From Candidatus Hadarchaeales archaeon (lineage in GTDB: Archaea > Hadarchaeota > Hadarchaeia > Hadarchaeales > Hadarchaeaceae): a DNA stretch of 32,000 nucleotides. A program made the position numbers and the translations under genes. Under the pieces are notes generated by a model that was given only the letters and a program-made list of their open reading frames with translations, made no database searches and was not told the DNA's origin. This document shows positions 1 through 8,079 of the stretch, in pieces. The stretch lies in assembly GCA_038823825.1 (NCBI GenBank), contig JAWBCC010000003.1:60001-92000 (forward strand), read 5' to 3'. Position 1 is the first letter of the stretch, and every line of letters starts with the position of its first letter.

Positions 1-1
1 A

Positions 2-1018
2 TCAGATTCTGAGCTTGTTCACGGAGTTATTCTTGATAAGGAAAGGGTACATCCGGGAATGCCGAAGAGAGTTAAAAACGCAAAGATCGCGCTCATCGAT
101 GCTCCACTCGAGATAAAAAAGACAGAAACAGATGCGGAAATTAGAATAACAACTCCGGAGCAACTCAGGGCGTTCATAGAGGAAGAAGAGATGATTTTGA
201 AGCAAATGGTTGACAAAATAATCTCGGTTGGGGCGAATGTTGTGATATGCCAGAAGGGAATAGATGATATTGCGCAGCATTATCTAGCAAAGGCAGGGAT
301 ATACGCAGTGAGGAGAGCGAAGAAATCCGACATGGAGAAGCTGGCGAGAGCAACTGGCGGCAGGATAGTCACGAACATTGATGATCTCACACCCGAGGAT
401 CTCGGTTCGGCAGGTCTAGTTGAAGAAGTTAAAATCGGGGAGGATAAGATGACCTTCGTAAGGGATTGTAAGAACCCGAGAGCGATGGGAATTTTGATTA
501 GAGGAGGAAGCGAGCATGTTGTAGATGAAGTTGAGAGGGCTGTACATGATGCTATTTGTGTGGTTGCCGCAGCCATTGAGGATGGAAAAATTGTCTACGG
601 AGGTGGAGCGCCGGAGATGGAGGTTGCTAAGCATCTGAGAGATTACTCTCAGAAGGTTGGAGGAAAGGAGGCTCTTGCGATCGGCGCATTTGCCGACGCT
701 CTGGAGATAATTCCCAAGACTCTGGCTGAGAATGCGGGTCTTGATGCAATTGACATAATTGTAGAGCTCAGAGCGAAGCACGAGAAGCCGGAAGGCATAT
801 GGACCGGTGTTGATGTTTACGGAGGAAAGGTGGCGGACATGAAGGAACTTGGGGTAGTCGAACCCCTTAGAACGAAGATTCAGGCGATAAAGTCGGCTGC
901 TGAAGCCGCTACAATGATTTTGCGGATAGACGATGTTATCGCCGCAGCGAAGAAAGAAATCTCGCCGCCTAAGGGTGAGGGTGAAGAAGAAACAGAAACA
1001 ACGAGCGAGGAGGACTGA
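2..1018 (+). CDS. ths: thermosome (group II chaperonin) subunit, C-terminal ~340 aa; 5' end outside window
   Basis: The frame-2 ORF is open from the window edge ([22 protein letters not shown]...). The sequence is typical of a group II chaperonin ([46 protein letters not shown]) and ends in an acidic tail. The ATG at 59 is internal. Confidence 0.9.
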   Translation, partial: SDSELVHGVILDKERVHPGMPKRVKNAKIALIDAPLEIKKTETDAEIRITTPEQLRAFIEEEEMILKQMVDKIISVGANVVICQKGIDDIAQHYLAKAGIYAVRRAKKSDMEKLARATGGRIVTNIDDLTPEDLGSAGLVEEVKIGEDKMTFVRDCKNPRAMGILIRGGSEHVVDEVERAVHDAICVVAAAIEDGKIVYGGGAPEMEVAKHLRDYSQKVGGKEALAIGAFADALEIIPKTLAENAGLDAIDIIVELRAKHEKPEGIWTGVDVYGGKVADMKELGVVEPLRTKIQAIKSAAEAATMILRIDDVIAAAKKEISPPKGEGEEETETTSEED

Positions 1019-1024
1019 AATTAA

Positions 1025-1570
1025 TTGAATTTAGTCCCCCGTTATGTTTTCTTCACCCGTGGAGTTGGGCATGATCCTGAGATGCTCAGGTCATTTGAAA
1101 ATGCTCTTGAGAATGCGGGAATAGCGAGGTTCAATTTAGTTCCGGTTTCAAGTATAGTTCCACCAGGTTGTAAGGTTATTTCAAAGGAGAAAGGTTTGAG
1201 CATGTTACAGGATGGACAAATTGTTTTTGTTATTCTTTCCAAGTGTAGTAGCAACGAGAGGAGGAGACTTCTTTCTGCGAGCATTGGTTGTGCCTTGCCC
1301 GCAGATAGAAATATGTACGGCTACATAAGTGAGCACCATGCTTATGGACAGACTGCGGAAGAAGCAGGCGAGTATGCGGAAAATCTTGCCGCTTCGATGC
1401 TTGCCAGCACTCTTGGTCTGCCGTTCGACGCCGATAAAAGTTGGGACGAACGCAAACAGATATGGAAGATTTCCGGAAAGATAGTTAGAACTACCAATAT
1501 CACGCAGACAGCATTTGTTAAAGAGGGAATGTGGACGACCGTGGTTGCAGCCGCGGTTTTCGTTCTATAG
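1025..1570 (+). CDS. pdaD: pyruvoyl-dependent arginine decarboxylase
   Basis: 181 aa with a TTG start. It carries the FNLVPVSSIVPPG motif (Ser-Ser self-cleavage site that generates the pyruvoyl group) and has the overall PdaD family pattern. Confidence 0.85.
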   Translation: MNLVPRYVFFTRGVGHDPEMLRSFENALENAGIARFNLVPVSSIVPPGCKVISKEKGLSMLQDGQIVFVILSKCSSNERRRLLSASIGCALPADRNMYGYISEHHAYGQTAEEAGEYAENLAASMLASTLGLPFDADKSWDERKQIWKISGKIVRTTNITQTAFVKEGMWTTVVAAAVFVL

Positions 1571-1596
1571 GGTCTCAACTGCTTGATTGGCGCAAG

Positions 1597-1604
1597 ATTT
1601 ATAG
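1597..1604 (+). promoter_or_regulatory. TATA-like box upstream of mvk
   Basis: atttatag is centred about 30 nt upstream of ATG 1634, which fits an archaeal TATA box driving a leaderless or near-leaderless mvk transcript. Confidence 0.4.
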
Positions 1605-1633
1605 ACTTTTCATCACGAGTAGCAAAGAGGGGA

Positions 1634-2560
1634 ATGGGAGAAGGAAAAGGTTATGGAAAGGTAATACTTTTTAACGAGCATTTTGTAGTTTACGGCATAC
1701 CCTGTATCGTTTCATCAATCGACAGATATACGACATGTAGGGTAGAAAGAACCCATGGCTCCGGCTGGATTGTTGAGGATCTCAGACCTTCCACGCCAGG
1801 TTATAAAGAGGATAAGCTCGAGCAGCAGAAGGACTCGATAAACAGGATTCTTGCAGCGATGAACATCGAGCCGAGAGATTTTTGTCTGAAAATAACATTT
1901 GGTGGGAATCTGGTTGCGGCGAGCGGGATAGGAGCCAGTGCGGCCTCATGTGTAGCACTCGCTCGGGCGCTATCCGACGAGTTCAATCTGAATCTCAATG
2001 ATGATCGGATAAACGAGATAGCTTACGAAGGTGAAAAGGCATATCATGGATCACCCTCCGGTGTCGACAACGCCGCAGCAACATATGGTGGGGTTCTCTG
2101 GTTCATAAGGGGAAATCCACCGACGATTGAACGATTAAGACTTGCTGGAAGTGTGGAAATTTTGATGGCAGACACCGGAATTGTGGCGGACACTTCAAAG
2201 GTTGTGGCAAGTGTCAGGGAAAGGATGAACAGGGAGAAAGAGAAGTTCGATAAAATCTTTGCTCAAGCAAGAGAACTCGCATATGAGGCAAGGGAAGCTT
2301 TGCTCTCGATGGATCTGAAGAAAGTTGGAGAACTGATGATTGAGAATCATAGGCTTCTGCAGGAAATTGGGGTTTCCAGCCGGGATCTCGACAGACTCGT
2401 CGAAATCGCGTTGGACGCGGGGGCTCTTGGAGCGAAGATGACCGGCGGAGGATGGGGGGGAAATATAGTTGCCCTCGTGCCTGGTGAAGATTTACAGGAA
2501 AAGGTTGCTCAGGCGATCGAGAAAGAAGGTTACAAAGTTCTCAAAACGAAGATATGGTGA
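1634..2560 (+). CDS. mvk: mevalonate kinase (GHMP kinase family)
   Basis: GHMP motifs are present: N-terminal KVILFNEHFVVYG, GNLVAASGIGASAAS, PSGVDNAAATYGG and KMTGGGWGGNIVAL. The ORF opens at TTG 1583, but the TATA box at 1597-1604 argues for ATG 1634 as the start. Confidence 0.85.
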   Translation: MGEGKGYGKVILFNEHFVVYGIPCIVSSIDRYTTCRVERTHGSGWIVEDLRPSTPGYKEDKLEQQKDSINRILAAMNIEPRDFCLKITFGGNLVAASGIGASAASCVALARALSDEFNLNLNDDRINEIAYEGEKAYHGSPSGVDNAAATYGGVLWFIRGNPPTIERLRLAGSVEILMADTGIVADTSKVVASVRERMNREKEKFDKIFAQARELAYEAREALLSMDLKKVGELMIENHRLLQEIGVSSRDLDRLVEIALDAGALGAKMTGGGWGGNIVALVPGEDLQEKVAQAIEKEGYKVLKTKIW

Positions 2561-3840
2561 GAGTTATGAATTTTCGCGAGTTTTTGAAGATTCTCGATGA
2601 GAGGGGCCTTCTCGTAAAAATAAAGAAACCTGTCGATGTGCGGTTGGAGACTTCCACGTTGATGAAAATGCTGGATGGGCGCCCGCTTCTCTTCGAAAAT
2701 GTGAAAGGTTATGAGATGAGAATCGCAGCGAACGTTTTCTCAACCAGAGAGCTTGTGGCGGTAGGTCTTGGTGTGAAGAGAGAAGATCTGATTACGGTTG
2801 TTAGTCGCGCGATTGATAATCCGCGACCGGTTACATCGGAGCCCTTCAAAGGTTATGAAGAAATTCCAGCGGATCTCTCAAAAATTCCGATTCTTTTTCA
2901 TTATCCGTTTGATGGTGGACCATACATAAGTGCTGGCATAGTTGTGGCCAGACATCCGGAACTCGGCGTCAACATGTCATACCACAGGATGATGGTTATT
3001 GACAAGGACAAAGTTGTGATGAGAATTCTTCCTAGAGACTTCAACGAGTTTCTGAAGAGGGGAGTTAAGGAATTTGTGATATGCATTGGAAACCAACCGG
3101 CGGTTGCTCTCGCAGCAGCGATTTCTGTAGAGCTCGGGAAGAGCGAGTTGGACATAGCAAATGCTCTGGCACCCGTCAGAGTTTTCGAGCTGAATGGCCA
3201 TCTTGTGCCCGAGGCCGAGATTGTGATGATCGCGGAGATGACGGAGGAAGAGCATGACGAGGGACCTTTCCTAGATCTCACGGAAACTCCAGACATTGTA
3301 AGAAAGCAGAGAGTTGCGCGCATAAAGAAAATCTTTCTGAAAAAAGGAGAGAGCGTTTATCACGCCCTACTTCCAGGAGGTCTTGAGCACAAGGTGTTGA
3401 TGGGAATGCCAAGGGAACCGACGATATTTAGAGAGGTTAACAAAGTCTGTGAGTGTAAGGATGTTCTAATAACCCCTGGCGGATGTTCTTGGCTTCATGC
3501 TGTCGTAAGCATAAAGAAGAAAGCACCAGATGACGGGAAGAAGGCGATCGAAGCAGCCTTCCGTGGCCATAAATCTCTGAAACATGTTTGGGTCGTGGAT
3601 GATGATATCGATATCCACGATCCGCATCAGGTTGAATGGGCGATGGCAACACGTTTTCAGGGCGACAGGGATATCGTGATGAAAAAGGAAAAGGGGTCTT
3701 CGCTGGACCCATCGGCTGATCCGCATACGTATATGACAACGAAGGTTGGATTTGACCTGACGATTCCTTGGGATAAGGATCCCAAAAGTTTCCAAAAGCC
3801 ACCACTACCGATCAAACTAGATCCGAAAGATTATCTATGA
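2554..3840 (+). CDS. UbiD-family decarboxylase (candidate trans-anhydromevalonate-5-phosphate decarboxylase)
   Basis: 428 aa. The N-terminus (FREFLKILDERGLLVKIKKPVD...RPLLFENVKGY) and length are typical of the UbiD family. The ATG overlaps the mvk stop (ATGGTGA). The specific function is inferred from genomic context only. Confidence 0.8.
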   Translation: MVRVMNFREFLKILDERGLLVKIKKPVDVRLETSTLMKMLDGRPLLFENVKGYEMRIAANVFSTRELVAVGLGVKREDLITVVSRAIDNPRPVTSEPFKGYEEIPADLSKIPILFHYPFDGGPYISAGIVVARHPELGVNMSYHRMMVIDKDKVVMRILPRDFNEFLKRGVKEFVICIGNQPAVALAAAISVELGKSELDIANALAPVRVFELNGHLVPEAEIVMIAEMTEEEHDEGPFLDLTETPDIVRKQRVARIKKIFLKKGESVYHALLPGGLEHKVLMGMPREPTIFREVNKVCECKDVLITPGGCSWLHAVVSIKKKAPDDGKKAIEAAFRGHKSLKHVWVVDDDIDIHDPHQVEWAMATRFQGDRDIVMKKEKGSSLDPSADPHTYMTTKVGFDLTIPWDKDPKSFQKPPLPIKLDPKDYL

Positions 3841-3842
3841 AT

Positions 3843-4136
3843 TTAGCCCTTCCAGAGGCCGATGGCGAGGCCGATTATAAAAGATATCGAAGTGTAGGGG
3901 AGGAGATTCTTCAACGTTTCGGTCTGACTAGAAATTTTTGGTAGATATTTCGTGGCTTTTTCGTAAAGACTTTCTACGGAAAGTGAGATGTAGCCGGTGA
4001 AAGCAAGAATAGCGATCAGTGCGATGACGAGAAGCAGAACGCTGATTGTACGTTTTATTATCGCGCCGATGAGAAGTCCGATAACAAAAGGTATCACGAC
4101 GGGAATTAACCAAGCGATTTCTGGGGGAACCGACAT
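3843..4136 (-). CDS. small integral membrane protein (97 aa, about 3 TM segments), unknown function
   Basis: Three long hydrophobic stretches are present (IAWLIPVVIPFVIGLLIGAII, VLLLVIALIAILAFTGYI, ISFIIGLAIGLW). The ATG at 4136 lies about 27 nt from the symmetric TATA element at 4159-4170, consistent with a leaderless start. Confidence 0.5.
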   Translation of the reverse strand: MSVPPEIAWLIPVVIPFVIGLLIGAIIKRTISVLLLVIALIAILAFTGYISLSVESLYEKATKYLPKISSQTETLKNLLPYTSISFIIGLAIGLWKG

Positions 4137-4158
4137 CGTAATGAATCATTTTTTCGTG

Positions 4159-4170
4159 TTTTTATATTTT
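4159..4170. promoter_or_regulatory. bidirectional TATA-like element (tttttatatttt)
   Basis: An AT-rich, near-symmetric box sits between divergent genes. It is about 27 nt from the minus-strand ATG 4136 and about 70 nt upstream of AcnX ATG 4238, which has its own GGAGGA SD at 4221-4226. Confidence 0.4.
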
Positions 4171-4237
4171 CCGTGTGCGAAGGTTAGGTGTCTCCGTTTC
4201 GACGAATTTTTTAGGTAATTGGAGGATATTGTTTTGA

Positions 4238-5425
4238 ATGTATTTAACGAAGGAACAGGAGCGCATTCTTGAGGGCGAAGAGGGCGAAATTCCGCGGAGA
4301 ATGATGAGACTTCTGGTTAGGTTAGGTGAGGTTTATGGTGCGGACAGGCTGATTCCAATCACCTCCGTTCAGATCGCTGGAGTCTCTTACAAATCGATAG
4401 GAGATCCGGGTCTCGAGTTTTTGGAGAGCATAGCTGGAACCGGCGTCAAGGTGAGAGTTCCATCCACTCTGAATCCGCCAGGAATGGATCTCTTAGACTG
4501 GAGAGAGCTCGGATTTCCTGAAGACTTTGCCGAAAAACAGCTCAGGATAATCGAAGCCTTCAGGCGAATGGGGGTGATGATGACGGCGACCTGTACGCCG
4601 TATTTAGTTGGCAACCTGCCAAGGTTTGGAGAACACATCGCCTGGTCGGAGTCTTCAGCCGTTTCATTTGCAAACTCGGTTCTTGGTGCTAGAACTAATA
4701 GAGAAGGTGGACCTTCGGCTCTTGCGGCTGCGATATGTGGTGTTACTCCAAACTACGGTTTACATTTGGATGAGAATCGGCATCCGACATTGGCTGTTGA
4801 TGTGAAGGTAAATCTCGAAGACATAGCGGATTTTGGGGCGCTTGGATACTATGTCGGTAAAATCGTGAAGGATGGAATTCCCTACTTTCGCGGCATCCGG
4901 CAAGCAAATGTTGATGAGTTGAAAGCTCTTGGGGCAGCCATGGCGGCATCCGGCGCGGTTGCGCTCTATCATATAGAGGGAATAACCCCAGAAGCCGATC
5001 GTGTGAAGAAGGATGGTCTAGAAAAAATAGAAGTTGGAGAACAGGAACTCCGGAAGGCCTATGAGGCTTTAAATAGCGGAGATTCGCCAGATATCGTCAT
5101 TCTAGGATGCCCGCATGCCTCTCTGATGGAAATAGCGAGAGTTGCGGAGATGTTAAAAGGCAGGAAGCTTCGAAAATCTCTCTGGATATGCACGTCCAGA
5201 GCCACAAAGGACATGGCAACGAGAATGGGTTATACGGAGATCATCGAAAGGGCTGGAGGAAAGGTAGTTGCTGATACTTGTGCGGTTGTTGCCCCCATCG
5301 AGCGTATGGGATTCCAGACGACGGCTGTGAATTCTGGCAAGGCGGCAAACTATCTGCCAGGCTTCTGCAAACAAAAAGTTATCTTCAGAAAAACCGACGA
5401 GCTTGTTGAGATGATTTCAGGGTGA
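4238..5425 (+). CDS. aconitase X catalytic (large) subunit, DUF521 family; candidate phosphomevalonate dehydratase large subunit
   Basis: 395 aa. The N-terminus (MYLTKEQERILEGEEGE...ITSVQIAGVSYKSIGDPGLEFL) and length match the AcnX large-subunit family. A GGAGGA SD lies 11 nt upstream. Confidence 0.85.
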   Translation: MYLTKEQERILEGEEGEIPRRMMRLLVRLGEVYGADRLIPITSVQIAGVSYKSIGDPGLEFLESIAGTGVKVRVPSTLNPPGMDLLDWRELGFPEDFAEKQLRIIEAFRRMGVMMTATCTPYLVGNLPRFGEHIAWSESSAVSFANSVLGARTNREGGPSALAAAICGVTPNYGLHLDENRHPTLAVDVKVNLEDIADFGALGYYVGKIVKDGIPYFRGIRQANVDELKALGAAMAASGAVALYHIEGITPEADRVKKDGLEKIEVGEQELRKAYEALNSGDSPDIVILGCPHASLMEIARVAEMLKGRKLRKSLWICTSRATKDMATRMGYTEIIERAGGKVVADTCAVVAPIERMGFQTTAVNSGKAANYLPGFCKQKVIFRKTDELVEMISG

Positions 5426-5432
5426 TAATGTC

Positions 5433-5846
5433 ATGATACTACGTGGAAGATGTGTGAATCCTGGAAAAGCAGAAGGCGAAGCTCTTGTTTCTCGCGAGCC
5501 GCTCAGCTTTTACGGAGGAGTTGATCCGAAGACAGGGATAGTTATAGAAAAGGGGCACGAGCTGGAAGGAAAATGTGTGAAGGGAAAAATTCTCGTTTTT
5601 CCGAACGGAAAGGGCTCTACAGTCGGATCTTATGTGATATACGCATTGAAGTCAAATGGCGTTGCTCCCGCCGCCATTCTGAATAAGGAAACGGAAACGA
5701 TCGTTGCTACTGGAGTTATACTGGCGGACATCCCCTGCGTAGACAGGATAGATGTGAGTATGATAAAAACCGGGGACAAAGTCGTTGTAGACGCGGACAA
5801 AGGTCTCGTCATGGTTGGTGAGGAACATGGCGGTGAGAAGACCTGA
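5433..5846 (+). CDS. aconitase X swivel (small) subunit, DUF126 family; candidate phosphomevalonate dehydratase small subunit
   Basis: 137 aa with GKAEGEALVSREPLSFYGGVDPKTG and ILVFPNGKGSTVGSYVIY motifs typical of DUF126. It starts 7 nt after the large-subunit gene. Confidence 0.85.
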   Translation: MILRGRCVNPGKAEGEALVSREPLSFYGGVDPKTGIVIEKGHELEGKCVKGKILVFPNGKGSTVGSYVIYALKSNGVAPAAILNKETETIVATGVILADIPCVDRIDVSMIKTGDKVVVDADKGLVMVGEEHGGEKT

Positions 5847-6027
5847 GGATGTTCTGAAGGGGAGGAAGCATCTTTTGGAGGAGGCAGCTAAAGATCTTGG
5901 GGCTGATCAGCTCGAGAGGGTTCGCCAGCTTCTCGAGAGATGGGATGAGAAGGCAAGGCTTGAGCTCTTTGTCATGCTCGGTGAGGAAAGGGCTAAAAAA
6001 CTTTTGAGGGATTTGGGAATTCTGTAA
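5827..6027 (+). CDS. small helical protein (66 aa), unknown function
   Basis: ATG 5827 is preceded by a GGTGAGG SD-like sequence. The product is charged and helical (LEEAAKDLGADQLERVRQLLERWDEKARLELF). The gene overlaps the 3' end of the AcnX small-subunit gene by 20 nt. I recognise no family. Confidence 0.4.
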   Translation: MAVRRPEDVLKGRKHLLEEAAKDLGADQLERVRQLLERWDEKARLELFVMLGEERAKKLLRDLGIL

Positions 6028-6054
6028 GTTTTAGGCTGAGCACTTTTTGGTGCA

Positions 6055-6685
6055 TTGCTTCTAATATCGCTTCTCTCCTTCTCTGCTCTGTTTGTAATTC
6101 TGTCCTCGGTGAGAACGGTTTCCGCATCTCCGGACCTACATGCTCCGATATACATAGTTGGGAATGAAAACTTCACGCCTACAAACGGCGTTCGCGGGGG
6201 TTCTGGAACCGAGACAGATCCTTACATAATCGAGAACTGGGAAATCAATGCTTCCACGGCAGGCGGGATCTACATTAAAAACACCGCCGCGTATTTCGTG
6301 ATCAGAAATGTGTTGGTTGAGAATGGAGGGCATTCAGTTTCTGTTACAAACATTACCCCTAACATCTGCAACGATAACTTGGGTTACCGATGATGACTCA
6401 ACAACCGCTGTCGAATACGGACCAACAACGGCATACGGATACACGGCTACGGATGGTATGACAACCAACCATCGGGTAAAGCTCTCCAACCTTTCACCTG
6501 GAACAATCTACCACTTCCGCGTCCTTTCAACCGACAGCGAAAACAACCTTGAGATATCAAGGGACTTCACCTTCATGACGGCCGCGCCTCAACCAGAGGC
6601 CAAGCCAAGGACGGAGATTCTGATAGCTGTGATCGTCGTCATCAAAATGATCATCCTAATCCTTCTCAAGTACAGAAAAAGGTAA
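6055..6685 (+). pseudogene. frameshifted, domain-deleted 'mini' paralog of the giant beta-helix surface protein (signal peptide + first beta-helix turns + FN3-like domain + C-terminal anchor)
   Basis: Three collinear blocks match the giant gene closely at the nucleotide level: 6035-6330 with ~10538-10834, 6331-6582 with 14600-14850, and 6584-6685 with 16271-16378. A 1-nt insertion near 6355-6362 (attacccctaacatct versus atcacgcagacatct) splits the reading frame into ORFs 6055-6393 and 6308-6685. Confidence 0.65.
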
Positions 6686-6691
6686 TCATTC

Positions 6692-6709
6692 GCAAAGAGA
6701 TTTATTTAT
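6692..6709 (+). promoter_or_regulatory. conserved tRNA-Val promoter block (gcaaagagatttatttat; BRE/TATA-like)
   Basis: An identical 18-nt block recurs at 17280-17297 at the same distance (23 nt from block end to tRNA start) from the second tRNA-Val gene. The tttatttat part lies about 24-32 nt upstream of tRNA position 1. Confidence 0.6.
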
Positions 6710-6732
6710 TGCACCATGATACTCTCTACGGA

Positions 6733-6808
6733 GGGCCCGTGGTCTAGTGGTTATGACGGCAGTCTCACACACTGCAGGTCGTGGGTTCGAATCCCACCGG
6801 GCCCACCA
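6733..6808 (+). tRNA. tRNA-Val (anticodon CAC), CCA encoded
   Basis: Manual cloverleaf: acceptor GGGCCCG/CGGGCCC, D arm GTCT..(A)GAC, anticodon stem GCAGT/ACTGC with loop CTCACAC, T arm GTGGG-TTCGAAT-CCCAC, discriminator A, then CCA. Confidence 0.9.
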
Positions 6809-6837
6809 TTCTCCAAATTGTTTTTAATCGAATCGGA

Positions 6838-7986
6838 TCACCGGGTATAGTACTTCGCGTTTTCGGTAAAGGTCGGGTTCGGGACATCTCCCGGGAAGAC
6901 CTCAAGTTTGATTCTCTCATTGTCTATCATCTTTACAAGCAGTGTGTATTGAACTACGAACTCCTGTGACACGAACCACCTGTCAGGATAGAGCTCGGCC
7001 AGCCGCTCCACACCCTCCAGCGTTTCCATCAACTTGTATACAACTTCTCCGGAGTTGACGTCTATTTCTCTGAAGTCTGGACCGTTCCCCTTCACTCGGA
7101 AAAGTCCACCATATGGCGGAAGAGCCTCCGCGCTCAAACTCACCGCGAGATATCTGGGGTCGAGAAGATCATAGACAAAGGCAACAAATTTCTTCCATCC
7201 GTCGTTATCGCAAGTGGTTAGTGTGTTTTCGAGGATCCAGTTACCGACTAGCTTTCCCGGTTCATCAAAGTCATGCTGTCCTCCTCTCGGTTCGATCTCC
7301 CTTAGCGTCAGGTTCAGCAGTCTCGACCTAAGGGGCTCCTTGAAATAATCAAGTGGGCACACGGCGGAAGCTATTTCTGGGCAGTACTTTTCAGGGTGAA
7401 TGAAGTGTTTTACGGTTCTATCGTATGCCCCGAAGTCGAACCTCAGCCATGGTATCCCGATCGGATCTCCGGCTTTAACGGGGATGTAAACGGAGTTAGA
7501 CCCATAATGCAGTTCTCCTACATTCTCCAGGATATTGGAAGAGAGAATCCTTATGTGGTAGAATTTACTCCTGAAAGTGTTCGTGTGGGATATCTCCACG
7601 GAATAATCGTCTTGTGCGCTCATGCATATCCTTGTGATTACCCCACCTGTAGGGGCAACTACTTGACAGGGACTGCGGATGGTCCAATAAGTGTGCTCTG
7701 TAGGAATGGGATGTGCTCCCGGAATATCTTTTCTGTAGAAAATATGTCCTAGGGGAGTTATGTCTTCCAGCAGATTTTCATCTACGGGACACACCTCGTA
7801 GACAACTGATCCTTCTCCGAGTTCAGGGTAATTTCCCCACCACCACTCCCAATGGTCAAAAATGTTTCTATTGTTTTCTTTTCCAGTTTCTTCAAAGATC
7901 TTGTTTAGCAGGGACGAAATTCCAGCCCCGGCAATAATTATAAAAAAAGCCAGAATGACTGCGAGTTTCAGTTTTTTATGCCCCAT
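6838..7986 (-). CDS. hypothetical membrane-anchored/secreted protein (382 aa)
   Basis: A GGGAG SD lies 5 nt upstream of the ATG. The N-terminus has a signal anchor (KLKLAVILAFFIIIAGAGISSLL). The remainder has no family I can name. Confidence 0.6.
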   Translation of the reverse strand: MGHKKLKLAVILAFFIIIAGAGISSLLNKIFEETGKENNRNIFDHWEWWWGNYPELGEGSVVYEVCPVDENLLEDITPLGHIFYRKDIPGAHPIPTEHTYWTIRSPCQVVAPTGGVITRICMSAQDDYSVEISHTNTFRSKFYHIRILSSNILENVGELHYGSNSVYIPVKAGDPIGIPWLRFDFGAYDRTVKHFIHPEKYCPEIASAVCPLDYFKEPLRSRLLNLTLREIEPRGGQHDFDEPGKLVGNWILENTLTTCDNDGWKKFVAFVYDLLDPRYLAVSLSAEALPPYGGLFRVKGNGPDFREIDVNSGEVVYKLMETLEGVERLAELYPDRWFVSQEFVVQYTLLVKMIDNERIKLEVFPGDVPNPTFTENAKYYTR

Positions 7987-8079
7987 GACTCCCAGAAAAT
8001 AATTAACATTCAGGATTTATTAATTCTATAAAAACTCGTGTAGAATTGCTTTTATCCCGCCTGAAAAAAATTTATCTCG

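Noticed and set aside
6308-6685. ORF 6308-6685 as an independent 125-aa gene
   Set aside because: Its N-terminal 20 residues are an out-of-frame read of the paralog's beta-helix segment, and it would lack a signal peptide. Homology to the giant gene continues across the frame boundary, so the two ORFs are halves of one frameshifted gene.
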